From an uncultured cyanobacterium (GTDB lineage: Bacteria > Cyanobacteriota > Cyanobacteriia > Leptolyngbyales > Leptolyngbyaceae), in NCBI GenBank assembly GCA_963766075.1, contig CAVYAN010000063.1:8173-72172 (forward strand): DNA of 64,000 nt, read 5' to 3'. Positions 1 to 10,039 of the stretch are shown here, piece after piece. Each line of letters starts with the position of its first letter. The stretch's first letter is position 1. Made by a program: the position numbers and the translations under genes. The notes beneath the pieces were generated by a model. The model saw only the letters and a program-made list of their open reading frames with translations. It made no database searches and was not told the DNA's origin.

Positions 1-242
1 TAGTGCTAACCTGGGCTCCAGAATTGTTGTCCCCCGCCGCAGCCGCCGCGAGCAGGCCCCAAACGCTGATCTTCTCGGCAGCAGGCCAATTGCTATACAG
101 CGAGATTTCAGAGGATGCGGGACAGTCCTATCGCGCGATCGCCACCCTGGGCAGCACTGGATCACTCGCCCTTGTCGTTGCCGCTGCCAACCATTACGAG
201 CTGCTCCGCTGGTCGCCGAAAGAGCGGCGGTTCCGGGACTAA
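1..242 (+). CDS. 3' end of a hypothetical protein (partial, starts before the window)
   Basis: Open frame ending TAA at 240-242 (...TLIFSAAGQLLYSE...LRWSPKERRFRD), converging on the next gene. Confidence 0.6.
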   Translation, partial: VLTWAPELLSPAAAAASRPQTLIFSAAGQLLYSEISEDAGQSYRAIATLGSTGSLALVVAAANHYELLRWSPKERRFRD

Positions 243-286
243 GGTTTCGTACATAATCCGGTTCAGGGCAATCAGGTTCGAGACGA

Positions 287-1598
287 TCAGGTTCGGGGCA
301 AGAGCTTGCGGGTGATGTATTTTCCCACCAAAGGCGGCAGGGCAAAGAACATGCAGGTTTCATCGGCACTGCGCTCAATCAAGCAGCGGCGATCCAAAGA
401 GGACAAGGCTTCGAGAAATTCCGCAAAGGAAATCTCCGATGCTAATTCCGCTTTTAGCGCTTCGAGGGGCAGGGGGATTGCCCGCTGTGCCAACGTGTAG
501 AGCAGCGATCGCTCCACCGCCGACAAGCGCTGAACACTTTCAGCAATTACATGATCCACCAATTCTCGCCCCACCAACGTCCCGGTTTGCAACGCCTGTC
601 GAATGCTGCCGTTAAAGAAATCCTGGATCACCACCGCAACGATATTCAGGGCCAAGGGATTGCCCCGATAAAGCTGGATCAAGTCGGTGCGTGCTTCTGG
701 CTCATCCCGCAGGTGCTTGTCCTGGAGAAGCGCATGGGCTGCATCTCCCAGTCCGGCCAGCTTCAGGGACTGTGTACAGGCACTGCGACTTTCCAGCAAC
801 GTCATGATTTCAGGTTTCTCGCGACTGGTGATGACAACACAACTGGCATGACGATGGGCACTCACACAGTGCAACAGTTTGCCATAGGACGCATATTCTG
901 GGAGTAATTGTCCGGCCCGATCTCCCCCCAAGAGGGTTTCCCATCCGTCTAAAATAATCAGCGATCGTCGATGCTGGATCTGGTGCAGAAATACATCCAG
1001 CAGAGCTTCTATTTCGATACCTGCGCTGAGGCTGAATTCAGGATTTAATTCATGAAGTATTTCAGGCAAAAGTTTATCTAGCGCGGGAGCCGTTTGGAGC
1101 GATCTCCAGATCACGATCTGAAACTGGGATTGCACCTGTTCTACCAGTTTTATAGCCAAAGCAGTTTTTCCGATGCCTCCCATGCCCCAGAGCGTCAGGA
1201 GTCGGCAGCGATCGAGGGTGACCGATTGGATGAGCGTGGCGAGTTCGGCAGTACGCCCATAAAACGTCGCCATATCGGGAAGTTGCATGAACACAGCGCG
1301 GGGAAAAGGCGCAGGAGAGGGAGGGCGATCAACAACTTCTTCCCACGGGAGATCAAGAACGTAGCAAAATGCTTTGAAAGCGGGCGTGGCGACAGACTGT
1401 TTACCCATGAGGAAGCGTTTCCAGGTCGCTTCGGAAATACCCGGAGCGAACGGGCCGGATTCGTGCCATACCACTGTCGGGACCAAAACTTGACTGGCAG
1501 CCGTCAACCACTCGGGGATCATCAATGGTCCAGCCGCGTTCGATCCGCTGCTGTTTGATGCGGGTAAGTCCAGTGGGGGAAGCTTTAAGAGTGGCCAC
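287..1598 (-). CDS. NB-ARC/STAND P-loop NTPase with N-terminal HTH-like region; one frameshift near 1512-1517
   Basis: FYGR..EL, Walker A GMGGIGKT, Walker B LIILDG, VITSRE and GNPLAL motifs. The N-terminus (MATLKASPTGLTRIKQQRIERGWTIDDP) is in another frame and joins WLTAASQVL...ISEATWKRFL. Confidence 0.85.
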
Positions 1599-1631
1599 AG
1601 AATAGAGTCACGCAAGTAGAGACACAGGGTA

Positions 1632-1767
1632 AATCACATGTTTAACATCACGCAGGTTAACGTCACGCCATACAGGGGGCCTGAGGCCGAGACTGGCTCG
1701 AAATTGGTGGTCTCCCGACCATCGCGACATCCCACTATCACGCCATCCCGCTATCACAACATCCCAC
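1632..1767. promoter_or_regulatory. Octamer direct-repeat array (consensus about YATCMCRC) in a divergent intergenic region; putative operator
   Basis: Six contiguous 8-mers at 1720-1767 (CATCGCGA, CATCCCAC, TATCACGC, CATCCCGC, TATCACAA, CATCCCAC) plus three spaced copies at 1632, 1646 and 1661. Confidence 0.5.
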
Positions 1768-1899
1768 CGTTATCAGAAGGCTCCATTGTCAAGCTCAATT
1801 CTAGGTCACTTTTGGGAGCTTAGGACTGAGCCTCGGGTGAACTGGATCATCCACCAGGAATTCGGTTGAATGATTATGACAATTTACCGACATACCATC

Positions 1900-2376
1900 A
1901 TGGCCCAGAAAAACGACACGGCTACGCTAATGATGGCATTTTTTCTAACCACAACCCTGGTGGGCGGAGGCATTTGGGGATTGGGACAGCGTTGGCTGAT
2001 GGACGGGGACCTTGGGCTTCTCGCCTCGATCGCGGGTTCACCCAGCCCCACCCCACCCAGCCGAGTGAGCCTCGGCGAAACCATCTTAATTCTGGCCGAT
2101 GCACCACCGGAGAAACAGGCTGGAGCCTCGGCCTATCGGGCAGGCCAGCACTCCACGGCGATCGCCCAATTCCAAGCCACCCTCCAAAAACACCGCAACG
2201 ATCCAGAAACCCTGATCTATGCCCAGGCTCTGCACAGCAGTTCTTTTGCCGCTACGGGCGCAGGGGGTAAGATTGCATTCTCACCCACGGGCGATCGCGT
2301 CGGTGCACCCGTCCTGGTCCAGGTACAGTCGGGAGGGCCAACAGGCTACAACTTTGTGCCGATCCCGTCCCCTTAA
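1900..2376 (+). pseudogene. Internally deleted paralog of the downstream ABC substrate-binding protein
   Basis: N-terminus (MAQKNDT..TM..SLGE..NDPETLIY) and C-terminus (GAGGKIAFSPTGDR..GYNF) both parallel 2408..3805, but the ~300 aa binding core is absent. Confidence 0.7.
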
Positions 2377-2407
2377 CGCGGCTTCACCAATCTGCTGGAG
2401 ACAAATC

Positions 2408-3805
2408 ATGGCTCAGAACAAAGACACAACCACGCTGGTGATTTCTCTCGTGATCACGATTGGATTAGTGAGCGCGGGGAGTTGGTGGCTGAGTCAGCGT
2501 TGGGGTTCATTGGCTTCCCGGCTAGCGTCACCCCAGTTATCGTCCGATCGCATCAGTGAAGGACAAAAGATTTTGCTGCCCAGCGAACAGCCCACACCCA
2601 AGCAACAGGCCGCCGCCGCACTCAAAACGGGCGATCGCGACGCCGCCCGCACGTACTATACTGCTGCCCGACAGGCCGACCAGAATGATCCAGAAACCCT
2701 GATTTACCTGGCAAACACACAGATTTCCGGTCCCTTTCGGGCCATTGCCGTCAGCGTTCCCATCGGCACTGACAGCAATGGTGCCAAGGAAATCCTGCGC
2801 GGGGTAGCCCAAGCCCAGGCCGACGTAAATGCCAATCTCGATGTGTCCAACGCCCTGAATACCGGCACAACCCGACTACCGCTCAAAGTGATCATCGTCA
2901 ACGACGACAATAACCCGGAAACGGCACGCCAACTGGTTCAGCAGTTGATTCAAGATCCGGAGATTCTGGGCGTTGTCGGGCACTATGCCAGCACCGTGAC
3001 TCTAGCCATGGCCCCTCTCTACACCGATGGTCACCTACCCGTCATCTCGCCGATTAGTACCAGCACCCAAATCGCCAATATCAGTCCCTATGTCTTTCGC
3101 ACAGTGCCTAGCGACTACGTTGCCGCCCGCAACCTCGCCGATGCCCTCACCCTCAAACTCAAACTCAAAAAAGTCGCCGTTTTCTACAATCCCCAAAGTG
3201 CCTACAGCCAGTCGCTCACCACTGAATTCAAAACCGCCGTCACCTTACTAGGTGGGGAAGTGGTGAACTCAGTGGATCTGGCGGCGGCAAATTTTAATCC
3301 CCAATCGGCATTGCAGGCTGCCAAAGCCCAGGGTGCCCAGGCATTGTTATTCGCAGGCAATACCGCCACAATCGACGCGGCGCTACAGGTGGCTCAAGCC
3401 AATCGCGGGGAGATTCCCCTACTGGCGGGGGATGATTTCTACTCGCCAAAGACCCTAGACGTCGGGCGCAAATCCGTGCTGAATATGATACTGGCAATTC
3501 CCTGGCTCAGCGATCGCAATCCTGCCTTTGCCACCCGCGCCCGCGCACTGTGGCGGGGAGAGGTGAACTGGCGTACCGCCACGGCCTATGACGCCACGCG
3601 GGCCTTTGCCGCAGCCATTCAGCAATCCCCCACCCGCACCGGAATCCAGGAGATCTTGAGATCAGGCAAAATTCTGGTGGAAGATGGAGCCCTAGGACCT
3701 GTGCAATTTTCCGCTTCCGGCGATCGCCCCATTTCAGCCCAACTGGCCCAGATTGTGGAAAATTCGCGGTCGGCTTCAGGCTATAGCTTTGCTCTCGTCA
3801 AGTAA
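2408..3805 (+). CDS. Membrane-anchored ABC-type substrate-binding protein (LivJ/ANF-receptor type) with a TPR-like N-terminal segment
   Basis: N-terminal TM helix; NDPETLIYLAN; EILRGVAQAQ, DDNNP, VVGHYAS, ISPISTS, FRTVPSD and AYDAT motifs. Confidence 0.88.
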   Translation: MAQNKDTTTLVISLVITIGLVSAGSWWLSQRWGSLASRLASPQLSSDRISEGQKILLPSEQPTPKQQAAAALKTGDRDAARTYYTAARQADQNDPETLIYLANTQISGPFRAIAVSVPIGTDSNGAKEILRGVAQAQADVNANLDVSNALNTGTTRLPLKVIIVNDDNNPETARQLVQQLIQDPEILGVVGHYASTVTLAMAPLYTDGHLPVISPISTSTQIANISPYVFRTVPSDYVAARNLADALTLKLKLKKVAVFYNPQSAYSQSLTTEFKTAVTLLGGEVVNSVDLAAANFNPQSALQAAKAQGAQALLFAGNTATIDAALQVAQANRGEIPLLAGDDFYSPKTLDVGRKSVLNMILAIPWLSDRNPAFATRARALWRGEVNWRTATAYDATRAFAAAIQQSPTRTGIQEILRSGKILVEDGALGPVQFSASGDRPISAQLAQIVENSRSASGYSFALVK

Positions 3806-3868
3806 GTCAAAATGGCCAGTCAGTCAAAATGGCCAGTCAGTCAAGATGGCCAGTCGGTCAAGATGATC
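3806..3868. repeat. 17-bp tandem repeat (GTCAAAATGGCCAGTCA, about 3.5 copies)
   Basis: Directly visible just after the stop codon; no spacers. Confidence 0.85.
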
Positions 3869-3881
3869 AGGGGTTAAGAGC

Positions 3882-5285
3882 GTGAAACAACCTGTATGGG
3901 CTGTTGTCTGGACACTATTTAGTGCGATCGGGACTGCGATCGGATTTGGCGTCACGGCCCAGGCCCAATCTCTACCCACAGACGTTCAAATTAGGGCAAT
4001 TCTGCGCCAATACATTGATCAAGAGCAACAAAGCACCGGCATCGTTGTCGGTGTGATTGAAGAAAAAGGCAACCGCATCATTGCCTACGGCACCCTGGAT
4101 CAGACAACACCTCGGCCAGTAAGTGGCGATACGCTGTTTGAAATTGGCTCAATTACCAAGGTGTTTACGGCTCTGCTGCTCATGCAGAGGGCCGAACAGG
4201 GCAACCTCTCGCTGGAGGATCCCATTGCCAAGTTTTTGCCCCAGTCCGTAAAAATGCCTACGCGCAACGGCAAAGCCATTTCCCTACGGAATTTGGTGAC
4301 ACATACATCTGGGCTGCCGCGCTTACCCGATAACTTGGCCCCCACCAACGTGGCCAATCCCTATGCCGATTACACCGTCGAGCAACTCTATGCCTTCCTC
4401 TCCAGCTACCGATTGCCGCGAGATATTGGCACGCAATACGAATACTCAAACCTCGGGGCGGGACTACTGGGACACATTCTGAGCCTGAGCACTGGGGTGG
4501 ATTATGAAACGTTGGTAAAAACCCAAATTGCTCAACCCTTGCAGATGCATGACACCCAGATTCATCTGACCGCAGAACAGCGATCGCGGTTTGCCACCGG
4601 ACATAATGCCTTGGGTAAACCAGTTCCCTACTGGGACTTGCCGACCCTGGCTGGGGCCGGAGCGCTGCGCTCCACAGCCAACGATCTGTTGAAATTTTTG
4701 GCGGCGAATTTGGCATTAACCCCATCCCCACTGAGGGCAACCCTGCAAAAAACCCATACCATCCAGCAGCAGACGGGCACTCCAGGTATGGCGATCGCCC
4801 TCGGGTGGCATAGCCTAAACCGGACTGGCTCGGAAATTATCTTCCACGATGGCGGTACGGGCGGATTTCGCAGCTTTATTGGCTTTGTGAAGCAAAAACG
4901 GTACGGAGTCGTGGTGTTATCGAATTCCGAAAATAATATTAATGACATTGGGCTGCATCTGCTGGATCCTCAGATCCCTTTAGCAAAACGCCAACCCCCC
5001 AAGCACCGGCAGGAGATCGCCATTGATCCCAAAGTATTGGCGCTCTATGTGGGTCGCTATGAACTGGCTCCCAACTTTATTCTCACCATCACCCAGGCGG
5101 AAAATCGCCTCTATGTCCAAGCCACGGGCCAGCCCAAAGTGGAATTGTTTGCAGAAACAGCCACCCAATTTTTTCTCACCGAAGTGGATGCCCAAATCAC
5201 ATTTATCCGGGAACCACAGGGCACCGTAAACCGCCTCATTTTGCACCAGGCCGGTCAAGACATTCCTGCCCAAAAATTGGATTAA
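3882..5285 (+). CDS. Serine hydrolase (AmpC/beta-lactamase-related) with C-terminal DUF3471-like domain
   Basis: Signal peptide; FEIGSITK (SxxK), YSN, HDGGTGGF; C-terminal YVGRYEL...LYVQATGQ. Confidence 0.9.
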   Translation: MKQPVWAVVWTLFSAIGTAIGFGVTAQAQSLPTDVQIRAILRQYIDQEQQSTGIVVGVIEEKGNRIIAYGTLDQTTPRPVSGDTLFEIGSITKVFTALLLMQRAEQGNLSLEDPIAKFLPQSVKMPTRNGKAISLRNLVTHTSGLPRLPDNLAPTNVANPYADYTVEQLYAFLSSYRLPRDIGTQYEYSNLGAGLLGHILSLSTGVDYETLVKTQIAQPLQMHDTQIHLTAEQRSRFATGHNALGKPVPYWDLPTLAGAGALRSTANDLLKFLAANLALTPSPLRATLQKTHTIQQQTGTPGMAIALGWHSLNRTGSEIIFHDGGTGGFRSFIGFVKQKRYGVVVLSNSENNINDIGLHLLDPQIPLAKRQPPKHRQEIAIDPKVLALYVGRYELAPNFILTITQAENRLYVQATGQPKVELFAETATQFFLTEVDAQITFIREPQGTVNRLILHQAGQDIPAQKLD

Positions 5286-5426
5286 GGGACTTCCATGAAA
5301 ATAAACTGCCCGTGAATCCGGTTTCGACTACGCTCAACCTTCAGCCAACGCAGGTTGAACGTAGTTTTAGCTTGCTTCCCGCAGAGTCACCCAACCTCCG
5401 GGGATGATTTTTTGTTTGTAAGTCCC
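5286..5426. mobile_element. MITE-like element, 141 bp, with imperfect TIRs (GGGACTTCCA.../...TGTAAGTCCC) and a TAA target-site duplication
   Basis: TAA flanks both ends (5283-5285 and 5427-5429). Internal hairpin ACTACGCTCAACCT (5327-5340) / AGGTTGAACGTAGT (5352-5365). Confidence 0.65.
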
Positions 5427-5485
5427 TAAAGCCCCCTTCACGCAACACGATTCACTTTGGGCACCCTAGGCAAACCGCCCTAAAC

Positions 5486-5629
5486 ATGGCTCTATCCATG
5501 TCGAAAATTTCCCAATTGCACCTCGTGTTTTTTACTCTGATGGCGATCGCCCTCCTGATGATCGAATACCAAAAAGCCCAGAACTCGCCAGTCCCAGCCC
5601 CAGCCCATCGGGCACTGCCCCATGCTTAA
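5486..5629 (+). CDS. Putative small single-pass membrane protein (43-47 aa)
   Basis: My translation: MALSMSKISQLHLVFFTLMAIALLMIEYQKAQNSPVPAPAHRALPHA*; below the ORF-track length cutoff. Confidence 0.4.
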   Translation: MALSMSKISQLHLVFFTLMAIALLMIEYQKAQNSPVPAPAHRALPHA

Positions 5630-5724
5630 GCTCGCCTGCACACTCTAGAATCATCGGTTAGGTTCCCGGCAGATCTCCGTTGGGGGATAATAGCAGCGAT
5701 CGCCCCACCGCCCCCTGGGTTACC

Positions 5725-7509
5725 ATGCCAAACTTGCCAAGTCCCAAATTACCCAGTCCCAAATTAGCCCCCTGTCATGCTGTCCAGTCGCTGTTGTGCG
5801 TGCTGATCGGCTTCTCCCTAGCCCTCAAGGCCCAGGCATCCCCTTACTCCGATCGCGGCACCCAGGGCCTCGTCACCTCGGCCCATCCCCTCGCCAGTGA
5901 AGCCGGTATCAAAATGCTGCACCAAGGCGGTAATGCCGTAGATGCCGCCGTTGCAACCACCTTTGCCATTTCCGTTGTCGAGCCCTTTTCAGCAGGAATT
6001 GGCGGCGGGGGCTTTTTGCTGCTACGGGTAGGAGCAACCGGGCAGATCAAAGCCTTGGATTTTCGGGAACGGGCACCGCTGGCGGCCACTCGCACCCTCT
6101 ATCTGGATGCCCAGGGCAAGGTGCGTCCCCAGGCCAGTACAGATGGTCACTTAGCCGTCGCCGTTCCGGGAACGGTGGCAGGGCTCTATGAAGTGCATCG
6201 GCGCTATGGCAAACTGCCCTGGAAACAGGTGGTGGATCCGGCCATTCAACTGGCCGCCCAGGGATTTCCCGTGAGTTGGCGGTTGGCCGCCGCCACCGCG
6301 AGCCAAAAAACGCTGCTCAGCCATAGGGCAGGACGGCAAATTTTTACGCGCAATGGCGTGCCCTTGGGATTGGGCGATCGCCTGATCCAAACCGATCTGG
6401 CCCAAACGCTAACCGCCATCGCCGCCGATCCCCAGAGCTTCTATACCGGCAAGGTAGGCACCGCGATCGTGCACGATATGGCCGCTAACGGGGGCTTAAT
6501 TACCCAAAAGGACTTGCAGAACTATCGGCCAATCTGGCGCGAACCCGTCTGTGGCAATTTTCATCAAACCCGCATCTGTTCCATGCCACCGCCCTCATCC
6601 GGAGGGGTGCATCTGCTGCAAATGCTCAATATTATCGACCCCGACCCCAAAGATCTGCCCAAAAACACGCCCAGCAATTTCGCCACCCTGGGCTGGCACA
6701 GTCCCGATGCCCTGCACCTGTTGATCGAAGCCATGCGGATTGCCTATGCCGATCGCGCCGAATACCTGGGCGATCCGGCCTTCGTGTCGGTACCTGTGAC
6801 CGCCTTGATCAGCCCTGCCTACGCCAAGTTACGCCGTCAAGAAATTGATCCGCAAAAAGCGCGCCCTTCCAGTCGCGTCACGTTTGGGGATCCCCACCTG
6901 ATTCAACGCCTGAATACCGCCAAAGAATCCTCTGAAACCAGCCACCTAAATGCCGTCGATGCCGCCGGCAATGCCGTCAGCCTCACCTTTACGATTAACC
7001 TCGGCTTTGGGGCGGGCGTGGTGGCGGCGGGCACCGGCATCGTCCTCAATAATGAAATGGACGATTTTGCCATTGCCCCGGATGTGCCCAACGCCTTTGG
7101 CTTGGTGGGACGGGATGCCAATGCGATCGCCCCCGGCAAAACCCCGCTGTCCAGCATGACCCCAACCATCGTGACGGAAAATCAGCACATCCGACTGGTC
7201 ACTGGCTCTCCTGGCGGCAGCACCATCATCACCACCGTCCTGCAAATTGTCTTGAACGTGCTCGTCTATGACATGCCCATAGACAAGGCCGTCGCGGCTC
7301 CCCGATTGCATCATCAGTGGTTGCCCGATCGCACCCTAGTTGATCGGTGGGGCTTTGATCCCTTAACCTTGGCCGAACTGCGCCGTCGGGGGCATCAATT
7401 CACCGAGCGCGAAGGCTGGGGCAATGCCAACGCCATCGTCCGCCAGCCCAATGGCCTCTTTGTTGGGGCCGCCGATCCGCGCGGGGAAGGGGCCGCGATC
7501 GGATTTTAG
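5725..7509 (+). CDS. ggt: Gamma-glutamyltransferase
   Basis: GGNAVDAAVA, GIGGGGF, DFRERAP, ETSH (catalytic Thr), LNNEMDDF, PLSSMTP, GSPGGS, GAADPR. Confidence 0.95.
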   Translation: MPNLPSPKLPSPKLAPCHAVQSLLCVLIGFSLALKAQASPYSDRGTQGLVTSAHPLASEAGIKMLHQGGNAVDAAVATTFAISVVEPFSAGIGGGGFLLLRVGATGQIKALDFRERAPLAATRTLYLDAQGKVRPQASTDGHLAVAVPGTVAGLYEVHRRYGKLPWKQVVDPAIQLAAQGFPVSWRLAAATASQKTLLSHRAGRQIFTRNGVPLGLGDRLIQTDLAQTLTAIAADPQSFYTGKVGTAIVHDMAANGGLITQKDLQNYRPIWREPVCGNFHQTRICSMPPPSSGGVHLLQMLNIIDPDPKDLPKNTPSNFATLGWHSPDALHLLIEAMRIAYADRAEYLGDPAFVSVPVTALISPAYAKLRRQEIDPQKARPSSRVTFGDPHLIQRLNTAKESSETSHLNAVDAAGNAVSLTFTINLGFGAGVVAAGTGIVLNNEMDDFAIAPDVPNAFGLVGRDANAIAPGKTPLSSMTPTIVTENQHIRLVTGSPGGSTIITTVLQIVLNVLVYDMPIDKAVAAPRLHHQWLPDRTLVDRWGFDPLTLAELRRRGHQFTEREGWGNANAIVRQPNGLFVGAADPRGEGAAIGF

Positions 7510-7546
7510 CAGTGGCCATTTTAGCGGTGAATATTTTAGCAGTAGA

Positions 7547-8044
7547 CTATGTGCCGATTACGTATTTTCGCCACTCTTGGTTCACGCCATTTTTGACATA
7601 CTTACTCACCTCAAAATACAGGCCGCTGTGGGGACGGTGCGGCGCTACATCCAACAACATGCCAGCTTCCTTCGGCGTGCGGTTGCCTTTTTTGACATTG
7701 CAGCGCACACAGGCCGTCACAATATTTTCCCAACTGTCGCCGCCCCCACGCGATCGCGGCACCACATGATCGAGCGTCAGTTCATCGCCGGTGTAGCCGC
7801 AGTACTGGCAACTATGGGCATCGCGATGCAAAAGATTGCGGCGAGTCAGGGGAATTTCTTTGTAGGGCACCCGCACATAGTGCCGCAGCCGAATCACCGT
7901 CGGCAAAGGGAAGCCCGAATAAATATACTTACCGTTGTGTTCAACCTGCTCTGCTTTGCCTTTGATTAGCAGAACGACGGCCCTACGCCAGCTTGTAATG
8001 TTCAGCGGTTCGTAGGAGGCATTGAGCACCAAAACCTTGCCCAT
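7547..8044 (-). CDS. HNH endonuclease (McrA-like)
   Basis: VLVLNASYEPL, RDxxxCQYCG, LTLDHVVPRSRGG, WENIVTACVRCNVKK. Confidence 0.93.
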   Translation of the reverse strand: MGKVLVLNASYEPLNITSWRRAVVLLIKGKAEQVEHNGKYIYSGFPLPTVIRLRHYVRVPYKEIPLTRRNLLHRDAHSCQYCGYTGDELTLDHVVPRSRGGGDSWENIVTACVRCNVKKGNRTPKEAGMLLDVAPHRPHSGLYFEVSKYVKNGVNQEWRKYVIGT

Positions 8045-8144
8045 GCTAATTCAGTTAAGAGAATTGTTACCCAGATACTAGCATATTCGTTCTAGGGGAG
8101 CAGTCTCCCGACTGTCGGTCTTTTCCCCACTGGTTTTTAATCGG

Positions 8145-8546
8145 CTACAGTTCTTCTAAGCGGGTAATATCATCCTCGCCCAAATACTCGCCGTTCTGAA
8201 CTTCAATCATCACCAGGGGAATTACCCCAGGATTTTCTACCCGGTGGGGAGTACACATGGGCACATAGGTGGATTGCTTCTGGATCAGCACGGTTTCTTT
8301 ACCATCACAAACCACTTTGGCCGTACCGGAAACCACGATCCAGTGTTCGCTGCGATGGTAATGCATCTGGGTCGTAATGTGCTGCCCAGGGGCCACTTCA
8401 ATGCGGTTAATGCGGTAGTGGTTACCTTCCTCCAGCAGCGTCACTCTACCCCAAGGGGGGGTACGAATCGGATCGGGAGTGACGGTGCAGGAGATGCGAT
8501 CGCCCACCGCTACAGAATCTTCGGTCAATCCATTGCCAGCACTCAT
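8145..8546 (-). CDS. Cupin protein, mannose-6-phosphate isomerase type II C-terminal-like
   Basis: PWG, QMHYHRSEHWIVVSG, HRVENPG, IEVQNGEYLGEDDI. Confidence 0.9.
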   Translation of the reverse strand: MSAGNGLTEDSVAVGDRISCTVTPDPIRTPPWGRVTLLEEGNHYRINRIEVAPGQHITTQMHYHRSEHWIVVSGTAKVVCDGKETVLIQKQSTYVPMCTPHRVENPGVIPLVMIEVQNGEYLGEDDITRLEEL

Positions 8547-8711
8547 AACGTTGACTCACGATAAAGTTCAGGATGATCACCCAAAGCACCGCAGTGCTTG
8601 TTCCAGGGTATAACCTCTCGGGCCAATGCAAAGTTCACTCGGAACGCCTCTGCCTTAATTCTTAATTTAATTGTAGCGCTGCCTATAGGATCACCAAGGT
8701 CACTAGAGTGG

Positions 8712-9188
8712 TCACGAGGAGTGGGTCGGCGGTTTGCTAAAAATTCCCAGCAGTAGGCAACCAATGCCTACATTAATAAACACATCCGCCAAATTGAAAA
8801 TGGGAAACTGGATCAGGCGAAAGTCTAAAAAATCCACCACTTGACCCAGGATAAAGCGATCGATGCCATTGCCCAAGGCCCCCGACAAAATAAAACCATA
8901 GCCCGCCTGTTCCCAACGACTCAGCTTGGGTCCAAACCACGCCATCAGCAACAACACCACACTCACGCCCAAAGACAACCAGCGCAGCCAGCCCACCCCC
9001 TGGTTAAATAGGCTAAACGCAGCCCCGGTATTCACAACGTAGGTCAAGTGAAACACACCGGGAAGCAGGGGCAAGGTCGCCGGCGGCACAGTCAGGGTAA
9101 AGGTATACACCACCAAAAACTTAGACAGGCGGTCCAGCACCAAGCCCAAAAAGGCAAACAACCAAAAATATCGATTTGTCTTGAACAT
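8712..9188 (-). CDS. lspA: Lipoprotein signal peptidase II
   Basis: NTGAAFS, GALGNGIDR, VVDFLD, FPIFNLAD. Confidence 0.95.
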   Translation of the reverse strand: MFKTNRYFWLFAFLGLVLDRLSKFLVVYTFTLTVPPATLPLLPGVFHLTYVVNTGAAFSLFNQGVGWLRWLSLGVSVVLLLMAWFGPKLSRWEQAGYGFILSGALGNGIDRFILGQVVDFLDFRLIQFPIFNLADVFINVGIGCLLLGIFSKPPTHSS

Positions 9189-9359
9189 GGAGCCTACTAT
9201 TTGGGATTTGGGATAGCGCTGCGCGCCGATAGACTAAAGGATTTTGGTACCAGTGCCGATCGCACCTTCCCCTCAGCACTGACGGCCTCGCGCCACGACC
9301 AAAATCACCCATCCAAACGCCAATACCGCACGGTCCATAGCATCACGGTCCATAGAATT

Positions 9360-9956
9360 CTAATAAAACAAGGCATGGCGCAGTACAAAGGCAATCACTG
9401 TCGTGCAGCAGATCATCGCGAACTGTCCCGGCAGGGGATACACAGAATATTTCAGCACGGCTTGCAGGAGGGGCAGTTTGCCAGTGGTCAGCCATCCCAT
9501 GGAGGCACTGGCCACTAGATAACCAATGCCAACGCCGTGAATGCTAAGAAGGCCACACAGGCAGCTAAACGCCAGAGACTCCAGGCGGGGCAGAACATTG
9601 AAGGCTAAAAAACCGCAAATCCAGGCCCCTGGGATAAAGCCGAGTAAGTAGCCAAAGGTGGGTTGGTGCAGGTAGCCCATGCCACCGCCCTGCGCAAAGA
9701 TGGGAAACCAACTGAGTCCCAACAAGATATAGGCAATTTGAGAGAGGGCCCCGGCAGTACGCCCCCCCAAGCAGCCCACGAGCAGGACCGCGCCCACCTG
9801 ATAAGTTACTCCGAGAGGATAGGTGTGGACACCGGGCGGGGTCAAGCTACCACTGGGAATTGCCACAAAAGCATCTAGGAATGTACCCCCAATCGTGAGG
9901 AACAACCCAATTAATGCCCACAGCAACTCACTGGAGGTAGCCATTACATGTATCAA
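9360..9956 (-). CDS. bioY: Biotin transporter BioY
   Basis: Hydrophobic throughout; SQIAYILLGL..PIFAQGGG..YL..PTFGYLLGF motif. Confidence 0.88.
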   Translation of the reverse strand: MIHVMATSSELLWALIGLFLTIGGTFLDAFVAIPSGSLTPPGVHTYPLGVTYQVGAVLLVGCLGGRTAGALSQIAYILLGLSWFPIFAQGGGMGYLHQPTFGYLLGFIPGAWICGFLAFNVLPRLESLAFSCLCGLLSIHGVGIGYLVASASMGWLTTGKLPLLQAVLKYSVYPLPGQFAMICCTTVIAFVLRHALFY

Positions 9957-10039
9957 ATCCGTTGCTGCCTTTGATGGGAGAGGATCTGGGGGCGATCGCC
10001 AACTCAGGAGGGAATTGTAACACTTGAACGTGATCCGGC

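Noticed and set aside
3806..3868. Possible mini-CRISPR array
   Set aside because: Repeats are 17 bp and contiguous, with no spacers and no cas genes nearby.
7547..8044. HNH gene as part of a defence or mobile system
   Set aside because: Stand-alone, host-like composition, housekeeping context; no methylase, array or element ends nearby.
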